Source: Anolis carolinensis
Taxonomy: Eukaryota
Assembly: GCF_035594765.1 (NCBI RefSeq)
Contig: NC_085841.1
Location: forward strand, 230,857,326-230,921,325
DNA length: 64,000 bases
Direction: 5' to 3'
Position 1 is the stretch's first letter. Each line of letters starts with the position of its first letter. Of the stretch, positions 52,273-64,000 are shown one piece after another. Under the pieces are notes generated by a model. It worked only from the letters and a program-made list of their open reading frames with translations, made no database searches and was not told the origin of the DNA. Position numbers and translations under genes: made by a program.

Positions 52273-53571
52273 CTTCCCAGTGTAATCTGATGAAGTCCTT
52301 AATACTGTAGCTTAAAACATTCTGACAAACAAAATTAGGGCAATAATGAATATCTGATTATCAATATTTAGTAATGTAGTTTAGCTTTCCCTGATTTAAT
52401 AAGACAAAATTACACTTACCTACCTCTCCCTTGCCCAGAAACCCAGCATTATATGTAGAAATCACTATAGAGAGTTCCATAATGTTTTCATCAAATGGAG
52501 TGCTCTCTCCATTCTTTTTTCCTTCATTATACTGGCAAGGTTACAACTTTCATTAGTACTTTCTTCCATCAATTTATGTGAAAAATTATGAGTTCCTTTG
52601 TGAAAAAGGAGTACATTTTAGTATTACTGTTTCTCAGAAACAGGAAAAACAAAGGTTGATGCACGACATGTGAAGTTGTGGTAAATATCTGCTTTACAGT
52701 TGCTTTATTCATTTTTATTAACAATTAGTACATTTGCATTTAGTTTGCACATGGAATTGTCAAAGTAATTTTGCTACACAGGCAAAGAAAAAAGTGATAC
52801 CTTTTTAAATCCAACTATTAAAAATGAATTACCTCAGTAGCTGACTCTTTCTTAGATGTTCCTGATGGGACAATGTCTTCTAAAGCATCTAAATGAAAAA
52901 TGCAATCTTTTATGAAAGCTGGGGTTCAAAATGTTTTTTTAAAGAACAAGAAGGACAGGAAACTGTCCCGATATGTCATGTATTCCAGATCACAGTCTAG
53001 CTATTTTTTGGACAGTAGGTGAAGGCTCCAGAGCATATTCCGGGTAATGATGCTATGTGTGTTTAGCAGGGAAAGGAACAGGGATAAAGAAGTCTCATGC
53101 TTACACAATCTTATATTTAGCCCAAAATGCACTTGTGCGTTAAAAAGCAAACTATTAGTACTTTTAATGCCGTTGAACCAACTTCTCACGTTCATATATA
53201 TTACAAAAAACATTGAAAAATATTAAAAACAAAACTTGCCCAAAAAGGAGAAAACTTTTGAGTACTTCATTTTTATATGCAGAAATGAAAGATGTAAAGC
53301 TCTTCATCATTAATTCAAGAGGCCTGGCTGTGGTTTGATAAAGAACCTTTTTTTTTCATGGTAAAACACTTAGGAGAAAAAGAATATGTGAAGTCTGACA
53401 CATGGCAGCTTTGAATACACGTTTTTACCAGGGAATCATTTAATATTTTATGGGCCTTCACATACAAATTACTTCGCAGAATTCATATGAAAACTCATAT
53501 TTGCAGTACCTGCTTCAGTCACCTTCTATAACACATCACTGAAAATGGCCCCAGAGTTTTGTTGCAAGTAC

Positions 53572-54681
53572 TAGGCATGTGCGATCTATGAAAAAAATGG
53601 TTCAATACGCGCTTTGAAAGTAGGGGGCGCTGGCGCTTCGTCTCTAAAGTCATTTCCAAATTTTGAAGCAAAAAGTTCAAAACTTTCCAAAAGTTCCGAT
53701 TCTTCGTATGTACCTTGTTAATAGCAGATGCGAATGCTCATGAAGGGAAACATTGTCAATGGGGAAACTTTAGGGGCCCTTCTCTCCCTCATTTTTTGAC
53801 CTATCCTAATGAAATTTGCTACAGTGGTAGAACACATTTACCACTGTTAGCTCAACAAATCTATGAACATTTGACTAATCCTCAGATGTTTGGCGAATTT
53901 TCAAAGTTTTTATATATTTTTTTAATAATAACAAAAATCTGTTCCTGGTTAGGAAGTGTTATTTCCTGTTTCATTGGGTTTTCTGGGGCTGAGAGTGTGT
54001 GACTTGTCCAAGATCACCCAGTGGGTTTCCATGGCTTAGTGGGAATCAAGCCACAATTGTAGTCCAACTCTCAAACCAGTGCACCAGCGGGCTGTTTTGA
54101 GACACCATGCTGTCTCAAAACAGCCCATTGTTTCTTCCTATGAGGCTTAGCCCTGTTCTAACTGCCCAGGAGGGAAAACGCTCACCTTTCCCTCAGTCTC
54201 CTTCCTGTCCCTGTCAGAGGAGCAAGAGGCATCCCTCATTGCCAGTGAGTGCTTTTCTCTGCTCTCCTCCCCTTCCCTGGCAGAAGCACCGTCGCGGCCA
54301 AGGAAGGGAAAGAGGAGAGTAAAGCGCTTGACTTTCCTTCCATTTCCTTCCCTTCCCTGGCAGAGGCACAAGAGGCAGCCCTCATCACTGGGGAGTGCTT
54401 TTCTCTGCTTCTCCTTCCCTTTCCTGGCAGAAGTGCCATCGCCGCCGAGGAAGGGAAAGAGAAGGAGAGTAAAGTACTTGTCTTTCCCTCCATTTCCTTC
54501 TCCTCCCTGGCAGAAGCATAATCACCCGTATATCCAAAGGTTTTCCAAGGCCATTAAATAAATGGGCTCCAACGCTTTGAATTGGAAGGTTATTTCTGAA
54601 GGGCCAAACTACTTCGGAACCCAAAAAGATATGATTTTTTTTTATGATTAATGACATTTCCGAGAAATTTGCTCATCCCTA
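53572..54681 (+). mobile_element. 1.11-kb non-autonomous hAT-type element with a SINE fragment and a ~148-bp tandem repeat
   Basis: Ends taggcatgtgcga / gctcatcccta; perfect 8-bp TSD gcaagtac (53564-53571, 54682-54689); left ~400 bp is homologous to the reverse complement of 46160-46581. Confidence 0.85.
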
Positions 54682-56644
54682 GCAAGTACTATACATACTG
54701 TGTTCTCCTTTCCTGCCAAAGAGTGCACTGTGATAATTTTGTTTACCATAATAAATTGCTTTACATTTTTATTAAAGCTGTCATAATAATCCTGAGGCTA
54801 TTAACTTTTAGTTGAATTTTTCCACTATGCAGTGTTATCCCTTCTCATCGTTACTTGAATACTTTAAATTAAAGTAAGGACTTTTAATTATAGCCTTAAA
54901 ATATCAGTTTTGTGAAAACCAGAAAAGCAGTAGAAACCAGCAGCAATTTGTGATGGCTTTAAGGTAGCTAAAGTAGGATAGATGACATTTACTATAATTT
55001 AAAATGAAATGAAATATCAATACAGTCAGTCCTCCATTTTCATTAGTTTTGCTTTTATGAATTTGGTTACTTGCAGATTATTTAGTGCCATATCTGCTGC
55101 CTCATAAGAGCTGCAAGTCTAATAGTACTGAGGGAGATCACAAACAAGTGTGTACATTTCTTTTAAATGTATGGCAGCAACAGAACTGGAACCCTTCTTG
55201 CCCCTCTACCTCACCTGCTAAGAGGACCCCATGTAGCAGAAGCAGGTCACCACTGCTTCTGCTACATGGGGTCCTCTTCCTTGCAGATGATGCCCAAATT
55301 CTGTGCACCTTCATCCTTTATTGATGTCAAATATTTTTATTCACCCTCATTTAGACAATTAATGTCAATAGTCACTATTTTCTAAATTCTACATTTTCTA
55401 TGTAGTATAACCATATTATAGTGTGGCATGGCTAAAGAAATTGGCTCCCCCTTCCCCACTCTCTCCAAAGATGTTTTACTTCAAAATTGGCAATCTGACA
55501 AATATAAATCTTCATTTTAAGAACAATTTTAATGTATTTTACCATCCAGCTGCAGAGTATGAAAACTTTACAAGTTGTCTTTATATTTTGATTGAAAGTA
55601 AAACATGATGGCATGAAAGGAAGTGGCATGAATTAAACTTATTTACAATGGAAACATTAGAAAATTAGTAGAGTTTTTTCAGTTGAATGATGACCTTCAA
55701 GCAGTTTCAATAATATTACTTGTTTAATAAAAAATTTGTTTCAATTAAAGCAAACAAAGAACATACTGAAAACATTGTCCTGCAAGTCTGAAAGACTCTT
55801 TTTGTCATGTAAACCTTATTCTAAGTCAAATACAGAATAACCCTTTCAGCAATGTTTCACAATTTGATCATATTAAAAATATTGAATATGAAATACACTG
55901 ACTTGAAACAGATTTGGTTTAATTCCTTGTCCAGTATAAAAGTCATCCTCAAACACATACTGAAGTGTTTGGTAACCATTCCAAATTTAATTATTTTAAA
56001 ATAATCCCCAGAAAAGGACTTTCTTCTTCTCTGTGTGGAGAAGCCATAAATGTATATTCCCATATGTTCACCTTATACAATTCAATATTAAATTGGAATA
56101 ATTAATAATATTTAGCAAGTGGTGACATTTTTCTGTGGACTATAAACAGTTGTTGTATTGTAATTTGCCTTATTTGGCCTTTATCTGGAGGTTCAAACAT
56201 ACCTGTTGTCACATCAAGTTTGAAATAAAGAAAATATCACTTCCACTTAGATCTGATCAAATTGCTAGAAGAGTAACAAAAATGCATAAAATATCCTTAC
56301 TTTGTGCATGCTCCCTTCTTAGCTTTACATAATTGACTGTTTCCACTGGAATACATGCTAATCTCATTTACAGAAACAATGTTAGACCATATAATGTATA
56401 ATGTACGACAGGTGAATATTATGTCTTGAAGCATCTCACCTTTGCCGTCTCTTAGATTTGTGCATTTTAGCTGAATCTCCGTCTGTTTCTGCTGGCCGGA
56501 TACTGGTAGACCCCCATATCCGTTTTCACATGCCTTCCAAAAATGGGTGGGTTGCCAGATGGCTATTTTTTAACCCACAGCTGAAAATATGACTGGATCC
56601 AGCCCATTTGTGGCAGTCGGGAATTTACAAGGCCCCTCTTTCCA

Positions 56645-56840
56645 TTCCTGGGACCCTTTCCTTTTTTCCCTTCAAGGAAGCTGGAGTTTCAGCAATGAGG
56701 TTAAGGAAGCATAGACCCTATTTTTTTTTTCCTTTAAGGGAGCCTGGGTTTCAGAAACAGCATTAAGGAAGCACCCTTCCTGGCACCCTTGCCTTTTTTT
56801 CCTTCAAGGGAGCCTGGATTTCAGCAACAGAATTAAGGTT
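56645..56840. repeat. Three copies of a ~62-70 bp unit
   Basis: cctt(c/t)aagg..gtttcag..ttaagg at 56669, 56731 and 56801. Confidence 0.7.
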
Positions 56841-56934
56841 TGACACCAAATTTGGGGGGGGGGGGACTGTGATCGGCTACCATGTGGCCTCATTACAGAT
56901 AGGAAAACATGATGGCTGGGTCCTTGCCTTTACG

Positions 56935-56978
<44 letters not shown>

Positions 56979-57109
56979 TAAAAAAAAATTATTTATACCC
57001 CGCCACCATCTCCATCTGGCCATGCCCAGAACAGTACAATATAGCAAAATATAAAACAACATATCATAATACAATTAAACAATACAATAAATAATCATGT
57101 ACAATGCAA

Positions 57110-57155
<46 letters not shown>

Positions 57156-57200
57156 CAGGGCGGGCCGCATGAGACACTTAGTTAAAACTTACGGTCATCC
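56935..57200 (-). mobile_element. L2-type 3' tail with (ATA)n (56935-56978) and (TA)n (57113-57153)
   Basis: attatttataccccgccaccatctcc follows the (ata)n run. Confidence 0.6.
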
Positions 57201-58387
57201 GGCAGAGCAGAAAAAGCCAGATTGGCCAAAGAAGAATGGCTAAAATGGATCTGTGCACAAGCCTAATGTCTCTCTATAGTTTCCAGATGGAAGTTTGTCA
57301 ACTCGGAATAATGGTTGAGCAGAAATATTCAACAATTCCTTTTAAAAATGCTAGTAAAGAATTCTTTTGGCATTCTAAATCATTTGCATTCACAGAAAAA
57401 AAAGAATTAAATCTTTCTTGCATCAACAATTCTGTATATAAATGCAGATTGAGAATTAGGTTCAATCTGACACAAATTAGTTGTGACTGTTAAAAGAACT
57501 GATTGCAGCTCTCGTTCATTCTAATTTGTATTCAGTTGTCTTTATTGACAGGTTCTTTTAAAATGTGTGAGAATTAGCTGAACATGTTTTATTTTATGTA
57601 ATTATCTGTGTACTAAACCCTGAATCTTAAAAGCATCAAACTGATAACATCTTCACTCTTCCTGGTCTTCTTTTTATCATTTTTTCTCATAATAATATGA
57701 TCAGATTAATCCTTATGCTCAAGATAATCATTCCATCATCTAAAAATGACATCTAATCATTGGGACCTAAGCTTGGTCCATTTGTATTTTGAGTTAGCTA
57801 AGGTTCTTATATAGATTTCTCATTGGAAGGCAAATCAAGAAAGTAAGGAAATAAATAAAATATTTATATTTTGCCCATATGCAAGAATCTTAGTGTGGCA
57901 TACAATAAAATCAAAATGAAGAATTTAGAAAGATTATGACAGTCAGAATAATTCAAAAACTAAAAACACTGATTCGTTTAATATTTAAAACATGGCAGAT
58001 TCAAAGCGGATACAGTTTAAAAATTACACATGTACAAATTTAGATGAGATCAAAGCTTTAGTAAGCATCCATGTTTTTACTTGGTAACAATCTTGGTACC
58101 AATTGTTCTTCTTAGAGGAGAGTCCCCATTAGGGGTATCAAAATTACTTTTTAACTTTAAGAACTTAGATTTTCATGTTACCAAAAACCCTTGTATCTAA
58201 TACTAAAAATGTACATTTGTTGTTCCTTCAGTTAGAAAGAGTGAACACATACATATACATGCACATATTTCTTTTCAGAGTATTTCATCCAGTATAAAAT
58301 CTGCTCTAATAGCCCCTTCTTTCTTTCTCTGCATTTATGAGAACTGCTTTCTGACATGCCATTTTTATCTTTTTATTTTCCATACAG

Positions 58388-58468
58388 AATTCCCAACTTG
58401 TGACTCACTAGTTCATTTTATATGCAAAAATGGAAGATGCATTAGTAGCAAGTGGCATTGCGATTCAG
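58388..58468 (+). CDS. LRP1B: LRP1B exon (~19), first part of CR6
   Basis: atacag| and |gtaaaa; 81 nt; (E)[26 protein letters not shown]. Confidence 0.94.
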
Positions 58469-58685
58469 GTAAAAATCAATTATTCAGCTCCATCGGTTGA
58501 TATTTGCAGATTATCCTTTCTCCTCAGCCTCTTGTACCATAGTTCATCCTATTTGGAAAAAATCACTTATCCACAGTAAATGCTTCTTGGAAACTGGTTG
58601 ACAGCTATTGGCAAGAAGGAGGAAAATTGCCACAGCACCCTTCTTTGGTATTTTTAAAGGTGAACTAATAATTTGAACAGAAATA

Positions 58686-59200
58686 CAGGTTCAGTATCTC
58701 CTATAAAGAACTTCAACATTCAAAATACTCATAATTTCAAAATGTTCCACATGGGTGACTGAGATAGTGACACTTTTGTTTTCTGAGGATGCATTAAAGT
58801 TTCATTAATGTCCTTCAGGCTATGTATATAACATGTGTTTGTGTGTGTGTGTGTGTGTGTGTGGGGGGGGTTATGAGTTTTAAAGGCTATCTTAAGTGTA
58901 TTTGTTATATTTAATCTGTTTTACCTTAATCCAATCTGTATTATTTAATTGTTTTTTTAATTTTTGTATTCTGCTTTTTAAAATTATAACCAAAATGTGG
59001 GATTATGAGTCATCTTGAGTCCTTAAGGGGAGAAAGGTGGGGTATAAATAAAGTAAGTAATTAAATAAATAAATAAAATGTATGTATGAACATAACATGA
59101 ATTTCGTGTTATGACTTGGGTCCCATCTCCAAGATATCTCATTATGTACACAACATGCAAATACATGTAGTCCATTTTTTTAAAAAAAATCCCAAATAAT
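58686..59200. mobile_element. Tigger/MER46-like element with a nested L2 tail (~58870-59075)
   Basis: tacaggttcagtatc..; gacttgggtcccatctccaagatatctca; cttgagtccttaaggggagaaaggtggggtataaataaa. Confidence 0.65.
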
Positions 59201-60985
59201 TGTTGTGTTTAACTTTTTATTGATTCTTCAGTATATTTCATTATGAATAAAAAGGAACAGACTGGACCTGTGGCAGAACCCATATCCAGGCTTTTGATCA
59301 GTGTGTTCAGTGTGATAAAACATGACCAGTCTTCCCCAAATGTCCAGATACAGTGTAGAAAATAATACCAATATTCTATTATATAACAATTAAGTTAAAC
59401 ATGAACTGCCTGAATTATTCCCAGCTCTCAAAAAAAAACTTGTTCACCTGTTATATCCCTAACTGATGTTCATTCAAGTTAGACTAGCCTAACTATTTTT
59501 TTCAGGCAAACCATTAGTGGCCATGCTTTTACCTTGGAGGTAGCCTCTATGCCATTCCTAAATGGTAATTGACTGACTCCAACTAGGCTCTTCACAGGGG
59601 CTTACACCTGATTAGACATGCAAAAATTACAAAAACACAAAAAAGATGTGGCTATCTTTGAAATATTAAACTTTGCTTTTGAACAAAAGAGGTCTGTTTG
59701 GTTTATTTACAATGCTTCTTTGCTCAAAGTAAACTTCTACTAGTTGTTTGTGTTTTCAATTTGTGTTGTAAGGAAGGGTGCATGCTGGTTTTATATTCTT
59801 AACTGCTATTTCTTTGGAGAGCACTTTAAAACTAGGAGGATTTTTTAAAGTAGGGCTGCTGTCAACCTTTCTTCCAACTTGCCTAGGCTTTCATCTTCCA
59901 GGAAAGACAGACAGAGAATTTTTGTATCCTTGTGGGCATGCTGGGAAGGTTGCAAGGCTTTCATTGAGGGGGTGGATGGGAGGAGGCTTGCTTTTTGACA
60001 AAGTGGATATTTTTGTTGTTTTCTTTTAGCTTTAAGGAAAGATTGGGGATATTGGTATGTGGTGAAGTTGTGTAATTTCCAGTGACCAAAAAAATGGCTT
60101 CCTGTGAAAATAAACTCTTCTACTAGAGGGAGAAAAGGAGGAGGGAAGGAGGAGAGAGAGAGTGATCAAAATGTTCTATATCAAGCTTCACAAAGCAACT
60201 GCAAACTGAGCCTTTGCAATTTGACACATCTATAGTATATCTGCACTGACAAACTGGTCTGTGTATTAATGATAAAGCAAATCAACTTTTGAACCTAAGA
60301 TTAGCATTCGCAATTCATAAAGTGTTGTGTAAAACAACTTAATTGGCTTTTAACATAAATGCTGTTATACTAAAAACAGATTTGTTCCTAGGACATGAGT
60401 GCTCATGAAGCTTAAATGTGCCATCCAATTATTTGAGTAGTAACTGGAACATCATGTTTAATTAAATAAAATCATGGCATTATCAGAGAGCTCCACTTTG
60501 CATTCTAAAAGAGTAATCATTCTCTTTTTGGAGAACAGAGAGACACCTTGGAAAGGGACAGACAGATCATTACAGTGGCAATTTTCTCAGCGACAAATAG
60601 TTCAATCCTCTGGTCCTGAATTGCTTGGTGCACACACCTTATTGAGTAGAAATCCTGCTTGTGCTGAAGGAAAGCAAAACACATATAATGTGTGAGATAT
60701 GATCATGCCCATACTATCTTAACTAGTCACTGTGCAAGAAAGATAATGCATGTGTGTGATACATATGTACCTGTATCATAACACTGCATTTAAATCCAGC
60801 ATTGGCTTTTGCCTATATGTGACTTTTTGTTTGGTGAATGAGCATTAATTCTTTTCTCAAAAGGGGAGTAAAATACCTTTTAAACCGTTATAACCTTTAA
60901 CTGAATTTTAGTGCAAATCTATCTCAAATTCTGCATTTTGCTTACAGCTCACAAGAACACTTAAAATGTGTGTACATTTTTACAG

Positions 60986-61153
60986 AGGATGACTGTGGTG
61001 ATGGCAGTGATGAACTGGGTTGTGTCCATTCATGCTCTGGCAACCAGTTCAGATGTTCCAATGGAAGGTGTACCCCAAATCACTGGGTTTGTGATGGTGA
61101 CAATGACTGTGGAGACTTCAGTGATGAAAAACAACCAAACTGCACCAAAGATG
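60986..61153 (+). CDS. LRP1B: LRP1B exon (~20), end of CR6 plus CR7
   Basis: ttacag| and |gttggt; 168 nt; (E)[55 protein letters not shown]. Confidence 0.95.
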
Positions 61154-62472
61154 GTTGGTATATAATAGCAAAAAGTCAAAACGTAATATATGGACAGGAC
61201 CCAACTTTATTGTTCAAGTGATGGAAGAAATTCTCTGAGTGAAACTGGAAGAAGGTATTCTCTTCCACCTTGCCCCCTTCTCCTCTCATATGCCCTCAAC
61301 ATCTCCTGTGAAGAACTTTTGGAGCCAACATTTGGAAAACATGGGTGAAACCATAGAATGAATAAGGAAAGAAAATTAAATCCCAGATATATGCTGACTC
61401 AAAGGGACAGACCTATGTGATAAGTAATGGGATTTTCCAAAACATTTCACTTGATTTCATTTTCTTACACAAAATTATTTGTGTTTTGAGTGCTGCAAAG
61501 GTTTTGCAGAATACTGAACCTTATGCATGCATGTATCCATTTAATATCCCAACTTTCTTCCAGTTCAGGACCCAAGATGGCTTATAAACTAAATTAAGTG
61601 AGTAAACCAAAAAGCCAGTAAAAATATAACATTAAAGAACCATTAAATGAGAGCATGTTAAAACAGTTTTAACAATTGTGAATAGTTTTAATTCTATTTT
61701 TATTTTTGGTGTGCTTTTGACTGTGTTGTTCTTTTAAAAAATTGTAAGCTACCATGAATCCTCATTTTTGGAAAAACCAAGATATTAAGCACCACCACCA
61801 AGAATTTAAAAACCTTTTTCAAATATTAAAACAAACAGTAAGTGTCCAAAAAAAGGCTGAATTTCAGGAACCAGTTAGTAACCCAGAGATGGTTTAAATA
61901 AGAAACATTTTTTTCTCTGTGCAATGAGAACAGAAAAGAGTCTAGCCTAGCTTCCTATAGAAGTAGCCACTAAAATCCCTCTTCTGTGTTCCCACCAAGT
62001 GAAGGTGCTGAACCAGGACAAAGTGTCCTTTAAAAGATCTTAAAACTTACAGAGATCTTATGGGGAAATAATGCTCTTTCAGATATTCTGGACCTGAGCC
62101 ATATAGAACTTTATATATTATTACCAGTACTCTAATTTACACGTGGAAATGGATCAGTAGCCTATGAAGTTGTTATAAAAATCAGTTTCTATTTCTCCTG
62201 TATTCAGCTCCCATCAGCAATCTGACTTCCTAAACACTTTGCAAAGATGACTCCACATAGAATGCAACAGAAGAACCCTAATGCAATACAACAAAAGAAT
62301 GTGCCACCATGGTCAGACCAGATGAGATTAACTGTGTGAACGTACTCCAAGGCATTGATATAAATGCACATCCAGGATACAAGCCTGAGGTTTCGGCATA
62401 AGTGTAATCCAGACCAGAATGAATCTCATTTCCCTAATGTGACTTTCAAATGACCAGGAACATCCCCTATAA

Positions 62473-62606
62473 CAGTGATTCTCAATCTGGGGTCCCCAAA
62501 TGTTTTTGGCCTACAACTCCCAGAAATCCCAGCTAGTTAACTGCTGTTAGGATTTCTGCTAGTTGAAGGCCAAAAACATCTGGGGACCCCAGGTTGAGAA
62601 CCACTA
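62473..62606. mobile_element. Palindromic hAT MITE
   Basis: cagtgattctcaatctggggtcccc / ggggaccccaggttgagaaccact; flanks ccctataa / ccctagat. Confidence 0.85.
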
Positions 62607-62778
62607 CCCTAGATTAACTGCCTTCACCATCATCAGTTCATCGGTGACACCAGATACTAATTAACCATCTAAATATAATTAGTTGAAAAGAAGGGGCAGA
62701 ATGGAGTAAAAAACAGTGCACTGGTGGCAATGAATCCACCAGACCCTCTCCTAACTGTTTTGTATAAATAATAATTAT

Positions 62779-63380
62779 ATTTATTTTGTGTCAAAAGCAT
62801 TGTATAATAAATAAGTTTAAAAGTGATAAAATAAAGGAATCACAAGCAGCTAAATAGTTTTAGACCAAAAGCGGGAAACAGCGAACACATTGTCCATAGC
62901 TTTAAACAACAACTCCTCCATACATGAGGCAGGACATTGTGGGCAAGCATACATATGTGGAGTTGTTTGTTCTGCTCCACAGTCACACAAGGTGGAGGAT
63001 TCCTCCAGGTAGTGCCACCTTGCCAAGTTGTCTTTTGATCTGCCCACTCCGCTTCTGAGTCTGTTTAAGGACCTCCAAGTTGCCCATTCTTGGTTTGCCC
63101 CTAGAGGCAAACATTCATGGGGGGCCATCAAACTGGGATTTCCTGGCTTAGCTGCCCAAAGGGATGCCCTTGCTGTTGCTGGGGAAATGTGAAGAGGAGT
63201 GGTGGTCCTCATGAAGCTTTTCCTTGATTTGAGTCTACTGGGAGGAGGCTGATAGTCATGCAGTAACTGGCTTTCACAATGTTCAACTTTATTTCTCTCA
63301 GTTAGCAGTAACTTCCCGTTGCACATCCGGGGGGGGGGGGGGAGGGGGTAATGCCAGCTAACTTGTAGAGTTTATCAACA
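62779..63380 (-). mobile_element. Vingi/Ingi-clade non-LTR 3' fragment
   Basis: WRSLNRLRSGVGRSKDNLARWHY..CDCGAEQTTPHMYACPQCP C-terminal zinc knuckle; short 3' UTR with an aataaat tail. Confidence 0.75.
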
Positions 63381-63609
63381 TTGTGATAATGGCACAGAAA
63401 TCTACTGAGAAGTCCAGCAAATCCAACCAGGACACTCCCTTGTCCATCTCATAAAATACATTATTCACAAAGAAAATTAAAAAAATGTTCAATTCCATAA
63501 ACAAACCAAAAGTTAGATTGAAGCTAAATAACCCTTCTTAACCAGGAAAACAGGGTTCAAATCACTGCTTGGCAGTGAGAACTCACTGGGTGAACTTGAG
63601 TACACAGCA

Positions 63610-64000
63610 GCAACAACAGTGCAATAGCCAAACCCTTCCTGATAGCTCGAGGCAGAGTACGACAAATTCAAAAACATATGAGCATAAAAATATATACAAT
63701 AAATTACATAAATAAAAACACTAAAATATAAAAACCTACACCACACAGATATAGAATTGACATATAGTATCAATAGAATGTAAATCAAAACTCATGACTG
63801 AATGTTGACTGCGTAGGGATGCTGGAAGAGATGGGTCTTCAATTGCGTTTTAAATTACGACAGCTCATTCAGCTGTCAGATTTCTTCCAGCAGGTCATTT
63901 CAGTCTTTGGACAGCTGATGGAAAGGTTCTTTGTGTGATGGTCACCAGTCAGGTGCTGGCTGGTTGGAGTAAGCATCTTCCTGAGGATCTAAGTATCCTA
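63610..64000 (-). mobile_element. L2 3' fragment running off the window
   Basis: Minus strand reads RTFPSAVQRLK.PAGRNLTA and FKTQLKTHLFQH, a decayed L2 ORF2 end. Confidence 0.65.

Noticed and set aside
63540-63605. tRNA gene (ggttcaaatc B-box)
   Set aside because: No cloverleaf; looks like a decayed tRNA-derived SINE fragment

Overview
This is eukaryotic DNA from a squamate reptile, most likely Anolis (inferred from the repeat families). The whole window lies inside one + strand gene, LRP1B (LDL receptor-related protein 1B). Twelve consecutive GT-AG exons (8-179 through 60986-61153; 1900 nt) join in one open frame and correspond to about human exons 9-20. They encode the end of the first YWTD propeller, an EGF repeat, a full second YWTD propeller, another EGF repeat and complement-type (LDL-A) repeats CR3-CR7 of ligand-binding cluster II. 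The introns are dense with transposon debris, often nested: CR1, L2, L1, R4/Dong, RTE, Vingi, Penelope, hAT, Tc1/mariner and Harbinger-type MITEs. There is a 135-N gap. Most notable observations: (1) a partial duplicate of exon 13 with an intact splice acceptor 1.8 kb upstream of the real exon, a candidate poison/decoy or terminal exon; (2) a sense-strand Penelope hammerhead ribozyme with a G5A core mutation; (3) two hAT-type elements with related ends but different nucleosome-length tandem-repeat cargo; (4) an R4/Dong element inserted in the (TAA)n tail of an L2. I see no convincing wholly new gene system. Family names and human exon numbering come from recall, not from database searches.
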